A stretch of 64,000 nt of DNA, taken from assembly GCA_051294905.1 (NCBI GenBank), contig CM119376.1, forward strand, positions 30,070,001 through 30,134,000, read 5' to 3'. Shown piece after piece: positions 27,501-37,619 of the stretch. This DNA is from Botryllus schlosseri. Its lineage: Eukaryota. The translations under genes and the position numbers were made by a program. The notes under the pieces were generated by a model, which was given only the letters and a program-made list of their open reading frames with translations, ran no database searches and was not told the DNA's origin. Position 1 is the first letter of the stretch, and each line of letters opens with the position of its first letter.

Positions 27501-30500
27501 TGAATTAATGTAATTGATCCAACTCTGATCTACAGATGGTGATTTGAGCCCTAATAAATACTGGAGTTGTTAAGCTTCAATTTTTTTCTATCTTGTCGCA
27601 TAAACTTTAAAATCAATGTTGCAGAAAATTGTCATAGCACCAGAAAAATGTAGTGGCTGGCGTACCCCTGAAAGTTCTTTTGCGTACCCCACTTTCATAA
27701 CCCCAGGACTAAATTATAATGAACTTCTACTGTGCAGAAAATGATTTGAGTTGAATGTTTAGGAATAAGTAATGACAACTGAACAACTGAACATCATTCA
27801 TTTCAAAACAAGATATTTATTCATTACTGACGATTACCTTTGTTGCAGACAACCGTTGCGATGGATCCAAAGTAGTATTGTGACGTGTAAGTCACTCTTC
27901 CATTCAGTACTTCTGGGATGGGGTCACATATTTGCAGTTTACAAATGAACCTTCCGACCGACCATCGTCCAGATTCTTGACACCTGACTCGCATGGGCTC
28001 ATCATCATTATTGTAGTAACCTGAAGATATTCAAATGCTCATAAAATTTGAAATCACACCGAACCCGTCAACGAAATGCAAAACCTGTGCGGCATTGGTA
28101 CGTGACTTCGGCACCAACATTGTAAAGGGTGTCGCCCCCTAACAATGGGTAGGAGTTTCCAATATGATTTGGCCTTTGACATCCACCTGAACATAGTCAC
28201 AATTGTTCTCAATAAACAATCAATAAGTATATACATATTGAAGTAAACCGACTGAAACTCTTTGTATGATGTTTTAAGCTGTCTGCAGCAATTTTATGTT
28301 GCAACTTTTTTCTATTTTTCATGCAAACTTTTATCAAATATCGCGCAAAATGTTAAGAAGTGATTTAAAAAACACGCTATAAAACTATTTCTAGTATGGT
28401 TCTATTCTCTTTGATTTGCATAACAAAGAGCTAGGTGATGGATTAGCTGGATCTCAATATAATCTATGACTCAATGGCTTGCAAACTAAGCGCTACCTTA
28501 GCTAAGCGCGATCGTGCCCGAACTACATGTAAATAGATCGCTTGATTAACTCTCTGTTGTTTAAATTTGAGGTGGTTTTTCATTTCACGGACGACCTCCG
28601 ATGGGTCACGTTTTTCAGGCTATTGATGTTGTTCCAGTGGCCAACGATAAGTTTTGCTGCAATGCCTGGGATCAAATTTGTAGACCTAAGGGGTTTGGGG
28701 TGTGATATTTGACTTGTTTTGGGGGAGGGAAGGCCCGGATTATCGATTGCTGTTTTTGGCTTTTGGGGGAAAATTATTTACGCATTGCGGTATTTTCTAG
28801 CTCTATCCGGCAGAAATGTAATTTTCGGCAGTCTCGCCATATCGTCCATCAAATGGGAAAGTACTGAATTTGACGCCTCTACAGGATCTGACAGAGAAAC
28901 GCTGTCATGTATGTCAATGTATACATGATCGGTTGAATGGCGGAGAAAGAAACGGAACATGCAGACAACCTGGACGTTAGGTTACAAAAGGAAACGTTTA
29001 GAGCAGTGGTTCTCAACCTTTTTGGCCTCGCGGACCCCTTTTGGCAGTCACGGACCCTCGCAGACCCCCTCAAGTTTTAGTTCAATTTTAGCTCTATTTT
29101 GGTGCAACCTTCATCTGTCTTGTGCAAATATGAACTGTAGGCTTGTGATAAACAGCAAAATAATTGATTTTCTTGAAGATAACATCATACTATTTATGTA
29201 GAAATTGGTGGACTTTTATTATTTCAAAGCTAATTTTGCTGCTGTATTTCTTGAAGTACGTGGTCGTGTCTTGAAAATCCGCGTCTTCGTTTTGATATGA
29301 ACGAGGAGTGCCGAAAACCATTTCAGCAAAGATAGGTGGAGGCTAATGCAATATTAACACATAACGCTTCCGACGATACTTTTGGTGTGATCGCAACATT
29401 TATGGCACCAAAATGAAGAAACACATATTTTATGAACATATCACGTCCAGCATCTAGCGCAGGGACGGGCACCATACGGACCGCTGGCCGGATTCGGCCC
29501 GCGACGGCATTTTGATCGGCCCTGCAGAGAGTTTCTACCGTCAAAGTGAAATCCTAATCTAAAAGTATAGACAAATTTTATGCTCCAAAGAATGGATCCA
29601 AGTTTTCCAACCAGAGAAAGACTGTCATGAAACGACTTGTTCTGTTCTGGTTCACATATATATTTACGAGCAAACATTTTCGACCATGAACAATTGAACA
29701 TTAACAAGACAAGGCTACATGCCAATATAACTGATGATATGAATTTCAGGGTTGGAGCGTAATGCCTTTATAGCAACGAAACACTCCTTGTTCATCAAAA
29801 AATCAGCCTTGTCGATAGGGCATCCATAATAAGAATGCGCAAAATCTGATAGCCGAGCTTTAAGAGCAGGTATATCATTGTCCGATTTATGACGAGTGTA
29901 AGCCGAAAATATTCGGGTTCATTTCAATATGAATATACTATTCAATTGTATAATAAAGTTCTGTACCTCCAAGAAGTTGTTCCCTGCATTGGGACAAATT
30001 ATGGAAATACTTCGGAAATTTTTATTTCAAACGACTATTCACTAATTTGATGAGACTGTCAACTTCAAATCGAGAAGGTTTCGCAGACATTAAGTCACCC
30101 TGATTGACGTTACTATTCCCATACGGTATCTTAATTTTTTCCACAAACCCCAATAAAACGTCTATAAACAGCAATAAATTTGTATCAGCAGGTTATTGGA
30201 AAACTGGGAATGGAAATGAGTTTCCATACTACGATAGTCCATGTCAGACGATTATTATGATGATATGAGTCATGAGGTTTTAGCAGCTGTGGTGCGAAAC
30301 TGCCTCATGCTTTCTCAAATTAAAAAATATAATAATACTTAGGTTATCAACCTTTTTAAAAATTTAGAGGTCTCGCGGACCCCCGGTTGAGAACCGCTGC
30401 TTTAGAGTATCTCATAATAAATGCAACTTTTTACAGGAACTTTTGGTAAAATGAAGTGCAACTTTCTCACGATTTTAGTGCAAAAAACTTGCCCAGTAAT

Positions 30501-33500
30501 CATCAGTAACTAGTCGAGAATTGATAAGAACATTGCATATCGACAAGAGCATCACAAAATATGCGGTGTGCGTCACAAATAAAAATATGGGTGAAAATTA
30601 GGGCAAGTTTTTGAAACTTTTTTACAACTTCCGGCAGCTTGCTAAATACTCAGAAGTTATGTAGTATGGTGTTTTAAGCTGTTTGGAGAAATCTTATATC
30701 GGAAATTTTCATCATGTATTTCATGCAACTCTTCGCAACTTTTTCGATTTTTCATACAACTTATTGCAATTTTTTTCGATTTTTTGTGTAACTGTTTTAC
30801 TGGAAATATTTGGCATTATATCTATATAGATTGCTTGAATAATATTTCACAGTCGTTTAAATTTTTGGTCCTTTCTGATTTGACTTCACAGGGTCAATTT
30901 TTTCAGGCTATTAATTTTGTTGAAGTTGCCAACATTGAGTTTTGCTACAGTGCCTTGGATACGGAACGATTCGAGTATTTCATATCGTAAAAATTTCATG
31001 GAACTTGTTCAAAAATGCAACTGTTTAGTGTAACTTTTGTGAAAATTATATGCAGCTTTCCACGGATTTGACTGCAACAGAAACTTTCATCCTAGTGATA
31101 ATGCTGTTGAATGCACACATTGGATTCGTATTGAAAGTTGTCGGTTATATTTTACAACTATCGAGACATAGAACGTACCAGTACCAGGTTCGTAATTGGG
31201 CCACAGATGTTTTGGCAAGAGTGAAGAAAAACGAAAGACTTGCATTCGCTGTTTAACCCTTACACGGTACTCCACTCACGTTGACACTTCGGGGCTTCAG
31301 GATGCCATTTCTTATCAGCGCAGCATGTCCGTATGTAGTCGCCTTCCAACACAAATCCATCGTCGCATATGTATGACGCCGTGCTCTGCATGGTAACTCC
31401 ACTGACCGTCATTCTACCGTGTGCAATTTCTTCAGGTTCACCGCAAACAGCGTCTTCCGATAGTGTTGCAATCAATTTATGATTTCAAGCAGATTTGGAC
31501 AAATGGATAATCCTAGTTGCCTAATTAGACTAATCAGAACGAAACGCCAGTAATCTAAGTCTAACTTGAGAAATGTTTCTATGCTCCAATTTTAATCCTA
31601 ATTTCTGGTTTTCCCGAAAATGCTTCAGGAGAACTGTAACGTACGAAACAAGCCAAGCTTGGTGTGCAGACATTTGCCATTCCCATGCTTATGAGAATGA
31701 ATTTAACTTGATTTTTGTTGTATTTGTGTCAATTCGAAATTGAATTCAATTTCCAAGCTTTTGCGAATTCAGCAATTCTAATTCTAATCTAATTTGGAAA
31801 TGAAGACAATTTTCTAGTTGTCCAACCCTAAAAGAGAGTAGCCTACTGACCTGGATTGTAGCAACTCATCCCGCACCATCCATCGCAATTACACTTCTTG
31901 TTCGGAGCTTTGCAATCGGCATCGGTGATGCACGGTCTGCGGCATTTCCTGCCTTCTCCGATTCGATTAAGTCTTTTTCTGCATATCCGCGCATTGCCAA
32001 CTGCAAAATATTTCAATACTGTATTCATATTTAAATGAACCGGGATATTTTCAGAAATTATTCGGGTTCATTTCAACATGAACATACTGTTCGATTGTAT
32101 ATTGAAGTTATGTACCTCCAAGAAGCTCTGCAAAATATTTGCGTCTGATGGAAGCCGATTTGCAAAAATAGTCAGTGTTGGGAGCAAGTCACTACCTACG
32201 AGTCACAAATAATGTTGAGCAAATGCACATTTCGACTCGAGTCAAGTCAAGTCACTCAAATTTCAGGTATTGACTTGAAATTGACTCCAATATTTTGCTT
32301 CGAGTCACAAATCCGGGCTGTAATGACTCGAGTCGTGATTTTTTGGTGACTCGACTTGACTCGAGTCATTTTTTCAAATGCATAAAATGATTCGACTCGA
32401 GTCAATTCGTGTATTGACTCGACTTGTACTCGAGTCATTGTGCATGACTCGAACTAAGTCATATGACTCAAGACTAGGACTGCCAAGACAGGCATTTCAT
32501 TGTAACTTCGGAGAAGAGTTAAGTTACCACACATTGGTTTTTCCTCTATCAGTCCTGATACTTGGAAAATAGGGCTGGAAACTGTTAGTTCTGAGGGAAA
32601 ATTACGATAGTATAAATGCGTGTCATTCTATAACGCTCAAGCAAAGTTGAAAAAAGTTGCTTGAATTGGATTGAACTGAAAACTGAACAGTGAACTTAAT
32701 GACTTGGACTCGGACTCTACCCTCTAATCAATGACTTGGGCTTGACTCGGTGGTGAATTGAAAATGACTCGACTTAACTCGAGTCAAAACTATGAAAGTG
32801 AGATTGACTCATGACTTGGTTACAACCCTGTCACAAGCCAATCCAAATTTCTTAACCGGTGAGTCATGTTAAGTCATTTTTGCAAAGTGTCTCAGGTCTC
32901 AGGTCATTCCATGTGAAACAGATGACTCGAACCAAGTCGTGACTTGAATCATCCAAATACTGTGAAAAGCATATTTATATCTGATCAAAACGTTTCCACC
33001 AACACAATATTTGATTCCGATTCAAATTCACAATATCATGCCCCATCACCAACAATGTAATTTCAAGTTGATGAGGTCACAGCCCATACAATTAAATGAG
33101 TTTCAACCCGAAATCCAACCCACTGAGATCATAGAGTTTAGCAGCTCTACTTCTATGTGAGTCATACAATGCCCCCGTGAATCTGGGTTACAATGACTCG
33201 AGTCCAACGCGAAGGCGCGATTTTGTGGTGACTCGAGTCAATTTCTTAAAATACAGAAGTAACTCAACTTGACTTGAGTCAATTTGTGTATTGATCCGAC
33301 TTGTACTCGAGTCATTGCACGTGACTTGACCAAGTCATACGAGTCGAGACTCGGATGGCAAAGACATGCATTTCATTGTAACTTCGAAGAATAGTAAAGT
33401 TGCATAATATTTCGTAGTATCATTACCGGTACTTGAAAATATGGCAGGAAACAGCTAGCAATGCGGAAAATGAATATATTATGAATGCGAGGCATTCGAT

Positions 33501-34761
33501 ATCACCCTAGCAGAGTAATAACAAAGTGATTTGAACATAGCTTCGAAATTGAACAGTGAAGACTTGGAAACGAGTCTCAACACTGCGACTCGGAATCGAC
33601 TCCCTGGACCCTGACTTGACTCGTTGGTGAATTGAAAATGCCTCGACTCGAGTCACATCTATAAAGTGAGATTGACTCGTGACTTGGTTACAGCACTGCC
33701 TCGAAAATATATACTCAACTCGATATTTGTTACGCGATTCAGAATTAATAGTGATTCAATCTGTACGTCAATCATCTTGCAAAATGACATGACTTAAATC
33801 ATGCCTTACAATTTATTCGACTTGACTTGATGACTTGACTCGACTCGACCTGGCTCGAGTCATCTCCAGTGAATTGAATTGAGTGTTACTCTAGTCATTC
33901 CATGTTAATTTAAAAGGGTTCAATAATTTAGGAGCCATATTTGTATTCGCTAGATGGCGTATGCTTGACTTTTCTTGGTCTTGTCTAAGGGAGTATTCTA
34001 GAAATTGCTGTCATACGGTACTGTGTGTAACAATGGTAATCGGCCCACCGGACGTTCCCCACTGTATCTACCAGTCTTGTTGGGTCAATATCATATTCGT
34101 ACTACTACTTTGTCGTATTATAATTTTGGATTTGAAGAAATTTTTAACAATTGGGACTTCAAGCAATATTCTGCTACTACCGTAATTCAAGATCGCGTAT
34201 GTTTACCTTAGGAAGCTATAGGACTTTACGGCGCTGGCATTTTATAGGAATTTCAGTGACCTCAACATTGAGTCACCTTCAAAATTCAAGTGACATGACT
34301 TCAATCGAGTCAAAATGTGCAATATTTCTCGATAGGACTTGTGACTTGATCCTGACACTGGGTGATCGCCTATATCGTGTCAATGAGTGACATATTGAAA
34401 TATGGAAGTGCATTAGCAACTGCATACTAAAATTTGACCAATCCTGACTTTACTAAATCACTAACTGTAGCATTAGTAACAGAAAGTTATAATGTAACTA
34501 AGCCACAATTACATGAATTGAACTGCATCAGACAAATTCAAAACAGACACACAACAATTGTTTCCAAATCAGCTACATTTCCCATGACCCATAGATGATG
34601 ACTCAGTTAGTCAGTCGGCCATTTATTGGTATTTTTATCAATTCAAAAACACAAGTTTGTGATACAATGAAAAGGTACGAGGCCATTGAAACGACTTAGA
34701 GGAGTCTTTTACAGGTTACCTGTCGATGTCACAACGGATCATCCAGGCCTCAGAGATCACG

Positions 34762-34792
<31 letters not shown>

Positions 34793-35193
34793 AGGTCTGG
34801 AACAGCATATCATTTGTGACCTCTCAAACCCAATCATATACGAATTCTGCGATGTGCTGTAACTGGGGGTCATGTGAAACATGGCTGGTCGGTTTGCTTA
34901 ATTTGTAGGCTGTGATCCCACTTGAATAAGCTACTAGTTGAATTTGCTGGACGCCCGTTTGATTTGCTCGTAATCACATCGCCTAGGCTCCGGTGTGTGT
35001 CTGTTTTCAAAGACTACCCCAAGTCGTTCCGACACCCTCCTATCTTTTTTCATTGTATATCGATCTTGTGTTGTTTTTAAAGGGCGGAATTGTTTTTAAT
35101 AAACTGATACTGATATTGAGGTAATCTTCTTCGAAACTAACCTTTCAAGTACGCACACAAGACCAACGCCACGTACAGAATGATAAGTTTCAT
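330..35193 (-). CDS. Large secreted modular protein SP-WAP-(CCP)3-[CCP-MAM-EGF]x4-CCP..., 3'-incomplete; LEV-9/Hasp-like N-terminus
   Basis: Hand-spliced exons (minus): 35142-35193, 31851-32000, 31280-31453, 28085-28186, 27838-28020, 24501-24599, 24265-24444, 23630-23722, 22131-22263, 18944-19113, 18768-18878, 18446-18673, 18300-18389, 16794-16932, 14126-14295, 13945-14055, 12457-12684, 12311-12400, 11268-11409, 6373-6542, 6192-6302, 4038-4265, 3895-3981, 2407-2545, 1248-1417, 1066-1176, 330-557. All introns are GT-AG with matching phases. The total is 3889 nt open with no stop, and the last exon ends at a GTGAG donor, so the gene continues left of the window. Confidence 0.9.
1066..4265 (-). 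CDS. Gene 2 repeat unit 4: CCP-MAM(3 exons)-EGF
   Basis: Exons of 228, 87, 139, 170 and 111 nt at 4038-4265, 3895-3981, 2407-2545, 1248-1417 and 1066-1176, with the same phases as units 2 and 3. Confidence 0.9.
2841..3151. mobile_element. hAT-type MITE
   Basis: TIRs cagtggttcccaac / gttgggaaccactg; 8-bp TSD ttgtatat / ttatatat (7/8). Confidence 0.85.
4302..4906. mobile_element. About 600-bp TA-flanked MITE family; other copies at 6785-7426, 11476-12066, 40478-41099, partial copies near 1590-2350, 13000-13343, 14538-14950, 38795-39060, 54600-55076
   Basis: Ends TAGGG(T/C)TGTTCAAAAA ... TTTTTGAACA(A/G)CCCTA; shared internal motifs (gctgcacaccaaatttgg, cttctac..gttggaat). Confidence 0.8.
4909..5640. 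mobile_element. TTAA-flanked MITE, Kolobok-like
   Basis: Perfect 12-bp TIR GGGGACTAGCAA / TTGCTAGTCCCC with TTAA on both sides (4905-4908 and 5641-5644). Confidence 0.8.
6192..12684 (-). CDS. Gene 2 repeat unit 3: CCP-MAM(3 exons)-EGF
   Basis: Exons of 228, 90, 142, 170 and 111 nt at 12457-12684, 12311-12400, 11268-11409, 6373-6542 and 6192-6302; very close paralogue of unit 2. Confidence 0.9.
7715..8330 (-). mobile_element. 3'-truncated remnant of a CR1/L2-like LINE
   Basis: Minus translation NDFFTSLSKVHEYDTRVSTLSNYHMVDKKDQSSIKYA, homologous to 36235-36516; frameshifted, with a simple-repeat tail near 7715-7740. Confidence 0.75.
9323..10573. mobile_element. hAT-type MITE (GCTCCG-rich) carrying a nested second MITE
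   Basis: Perfect TIR CAGGGCTTTGGAGC / GCTCCAAAGCCCTG and perfect 8-bp TSD gtggtgac. Confidence 0.92.
9482..10167. mobile_element. Nested hAT-type MITE
   Basis: Ends caggggtggccaacc / ggttggtcattcctg; perfect 8-bp TSD gtctatat. Confidence 0.9.
13945..18673 (-). CDS. Gene 2 repeat unit 2: CCP-MAM(3 exons)-EGF
   Basis: Exons of 228, 90, 139, 170 and 111 nt: IKCGPPPV...YQCIEDY...STCQ...[105 protein letters not shown]. Confidence 0.9.
15153..16375. mobile_element. hAT-type MITE (ATCCCGGGAT-rich) with nested MITE at 15464-16198
   Basis: Ends tagcgttgggac / gtcccaacccta with perfect TSD tttaaaac; inner element cagtggttcctaacc / ggttgggaatcactg with TSD ctctttat / ctcttgat. Confidence 0.88.
17070..17604. 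mobile_element. hAT-type MITE
   Basis: Ends cagggttgggcaact / agtttcccgtccctg; perfect 8-bp TSD gcgtaaac. Confidence 0.88.
18768..23722 (-). CDS. Gene 2 MAM-like domain 1 (3 exons) + EGF 1
   Basis: VNCTF...TCGYSNQYW (23630-23722); SLLTSPHINEDYAIEGRLCAVFRY (22131-22263); WTAHP...KYQFRASIGVQLEFVKLRRSNC (18944-19113); [36 protein letters not shown] (18768-18878). Confidence 0.85.
19490..20400 (-). mobile_element. Degenerate Penelope-like retroelement 3' part (GIY-YIG endonuclease region)
   Basis: Minus-strand pieces with stops and frameshifts: KDVLLASQKTNVIYGFKCRCDCRYV ... IKEHIPH ... SSIGIHLLEN..CVANY...FSILAKGRNLFHLCVLES..ITMRQPSLCHQKEFVYRLKI. Confidence 0.8.
24265..31453 (-). CDS. Gene 2 CCP (sushi) domains 1-4 (five exons)
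   Basis: CGEPEEIAHG...YICDDGF.LEG...TCCADKKWHPEAPKC; CQRPNHIG...YQCRTGY...RCQESGRWSVGRFIC; CDPIPEVLNG...VVCNKGH...YCEAG...EWSSSLARC; CPPPLKPRNG...YSCEEGYEMEG...QCNEESEWGAIPDC. Each has the 4-Cys + Trp CCP pattern. Confidence 0.9.
26246..27529. mobile_element. MITE with TAATTG-rich subterminal arrays and a small nested hAT-type insert (about 26551-26650)
   Basis: Inverted ends gagttgaatcaattg / aattgatccaactctg; approximate TSD atgtacag / atctacag; tandem gtaatt repeats at both ends. Confidence 0.6.
29004..30399. mobile_element. hAT-type MITE, composite
   Basis: Ends cagtggttctcaacc / ggttgagaaccgctg; TSD gtttagag / ctttagag (7/8). Confidence 0.8.
31851..32000 (-). CDS. Gene 2 WAP (four-disulfide core)-like exon
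   Basis: ICRKRLNRIGEGRKCRRPCITDADCKAPNKKCNCDGWCGMSCYNP has 8 Cys; cag acceptor and gtcag donor, 150 nt, phase 1-1. Confidence 0.88.
34762..34789. repeat. (CT)n microsatellite; others include (TA)n near 14697-14719, poly-C/(CA)n near 35919-35950 and (CT)n near 54236-54258
   Basis: Read directly from the sequence. Confidence 0.95.
35142..35193 (-). CDS. Gene 2 exon 1: start codon and signal peptide
   Basis: MKLIILYVALVLCAYLK followed by a G|gttagt donor (phase 1), joining the WAP exon to give ...LKVGNA-RIC. Confidence 0.85.
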
Positions 35194-35881
35194 GGCATTC
35201 GCCAGTTTTCCCTTCGCAACCACACTTCAACAGCAATGCCGACGTATTTGCAATTAGACTTCGACATACCTACAATCGGAGTCGAAATACTTCCGTCCTC
35301 GTCTCGACAGTACTTTGGTTGATTTGCGTTCCCTACCTCCTGTATAGCCGGCGCAGAATATCGGGTGTTTTCCTCGAACTATTTCCTCGACAGTGCAAAA
35401 CTAGATGCTAGCGGCTAAAAATAAACCGCCACAAATCCAACTTCATAGTTACATATTATCTGAAATCTAACCCGGCGAGTCGAGCTCCTACTGACATCTG
35501 GTGGATGGAATATTAATGATGCGTACTGGACTTTGCACAAGAGCCATTTTTATTTCGATAAAAAGATAAAGATTTACACGTGAAAATATTCTACAAATCT
35601 AAAACATCCAAAGCGTTACATAATTTCATTGGCCTGGATTTGAATAAATCAGCCGGATTGTGTTACGTTTAGTTGGCAGGCATGGGCGCCAGAGATGATC
35701 GGATATTGATTTCTGAGAATACGAATCCATCCCACAGCTCGAGTCTCTGGAGAACTATCCGTCTGAATCCGAAAACAATCTAAACCAAAAATCCACGCAA
35801 ATCCGAATGATGCCGTTCAGAATCGGAAAAATCCTAATCGAATACTATGATATATATGTAAAATATAACTATATTCCGAAG

Positions 35882-37619
35882 CAGTGACGTGCGGTGAGGT
35901 TCACGGCTGGTGAGGCACGCCCCCCCCCCCCCCCACACACACACACACATACAAAAGAACAACACGCACGTAAAGAGACTTGAAATATGAATAACAGCAG
36001 CGGGTATAGAGAGCATTTTCTTTGCACACTGGTAGCCGGTGCAATTTCACATTCTATAACTCATGTAGGACTGGTGGCTATTGAGCCAAATGGGCATGGG
36101 CATGTTTAGACAAATAATAATTACTATCTTTTCAAGTAGGCCTTTCGGTATAAATTATTCGAAGAACATGAAAAAAGCATCAGTTACAAATTTTATTCAG
36201 TAAAAGACCCTAGATTTGGTGAATTTCGAAAGAAATGTATCAGTTTCACTGCAGTCGTTGCCCCGAATACTTCAATGACTTCTTTACCTCTGAATCAAAA
36301 GCGCACAAGTACAACACACGCGCGTCCACGTCGTCCAAATATCATATGATCGACCGAAAAGATCATCGCTCTATCAAATATGCCGGACCTGATGTGTGGA
36401 ACAGTATCCCGCCGGCCATCCGGCAGTCGACGAGCATGTCCACATTCAAGTCGAAATACAAGCAATTACTACTAAATAAATACAGTCCATCCTCAAGATT
36501 ACCGGACCACGACTGACCTATCGATCTGGCTTCCCATGACATGCCGCCCTGTTTCTTGTCGCTTCTTTATTCTATACTATCTCCTTTACTTTCATTCAGT
36601 GTGCAGTGCATGCCTCCTCTTTACATCGCCTAGGCCCTAGGCCAAGGTGGGTGTCCGATTCCATAGACAACTCCTAGTCGCTTCGACATCTTCCTTTCTT
36701 TTCATTGTATCGCATTTTTTTTGTGGTGTATTGAACTGATAAAATTGCTAATAAACCAATGATGATGATGATGATGAAAATCCACAAGTAGGTCAAGTCA
36801 AAATACATTAGATCTAGTGTTTGGGAGTGGCACCACTACCACAAACAACAACGCAGGCTTTGTATATGGCTATCACAATCACATACCACAATTAACGGTT
36901 AAAGGGATTGCAGTCGAACACAGCATCAAGGAGACCAACAACGACAATGCAGCCTATGCAAATAGCTATCACATACCATAATTTAACGTAGCCATGGGTG
37001 CAAAATACATAACAGCTACATAACTAGTAAGGGAATGTATTAGCTTCGCATTACGCATTGAGCGTCGCTTCAATCTTATACAAGGCTGTTGGATTCCAAA
37101 ATCGGTAGCGGGTTTCACTCGGTTTCGATTGCCCAATTGTTAGCGAATAGTGCATGAAGCAGATTCGTTTGTGCCTCACCTAACCATTGTTTCTCTACGA
37201 TAGCATTTTCTGTAATAAAATCGAAGGTCACCTTCCTTCGCGATTTTTGGGGGTTCTGGTGCTCCGACACTATTAATATTTAGATTTTCAGGATCAGTGT
37301 GACTATAGCATTTCATTGATTCCAGTTATTAAGAATTCTAAGCTATTTATGAGGAATTGCATTGTTGCAGGTGAGGCACGACCCGCCCTTGCCTCACCTG
37401 TGCCTCACCTCTCCTTTCACACTGTGTTTTTGAATAATAATTATGCAAATTGATGATTAATTTTGGTGAAAAAAATGTTCCAATTTAGTTATTTATGAAC
37501 ATCGATGTGTAATATCAACATAATCATCGACTCATGGAGGGGTTTCACAATTTTCACTTACTCATCCAGACGACAGGTGAGGCACTGCCTCACCTGCCTC
37601 ATTGGACCACACGTCACTG
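35882..37619. mobile_element. hAT-type MITE interrupted by a LINE 3' end
   Basis: TIR cagtgacgtg / cacgtcactg; TSD ttccgaag / ttccgaat; repeated gtgaggca / tgcctcac motifs. Confidence 0.85.
36130..36776 (+). mobile_element. CR1/L2-like LINE 3' end with (GAT)n tail; related 3' UTR pieces at 34620-34715, 34900-35115 and 44955-45110
   Basis: NDFFTSESKAHKYNTRAS...SIKYAGPDVWNSIPPAIRQSTSMSTFKSKYKQLLL*, then 3' UTR, aataaa at 36750 and (gat)n at 36761-36776. Confidence 0.82.

Noticed and set aside
32200-33900. CRISPR-like or regulatory array of GACTCGAGTC repeats
   Set aside because: Spacing is irregular, there are no unique fixed-length spacers or cas genes, the context is eukaryotic, and the repeats are MITE subterminal arrays.
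330-35193. Identity with ascidian allorecognition genes (fester, fuhc, Themis) or SVEP1
   Set aside because: Only generic CCP/EGF domains are shared; there are no vWA, pentraxin, Ig, fibrinogen or transmembrane segments in the visible part.
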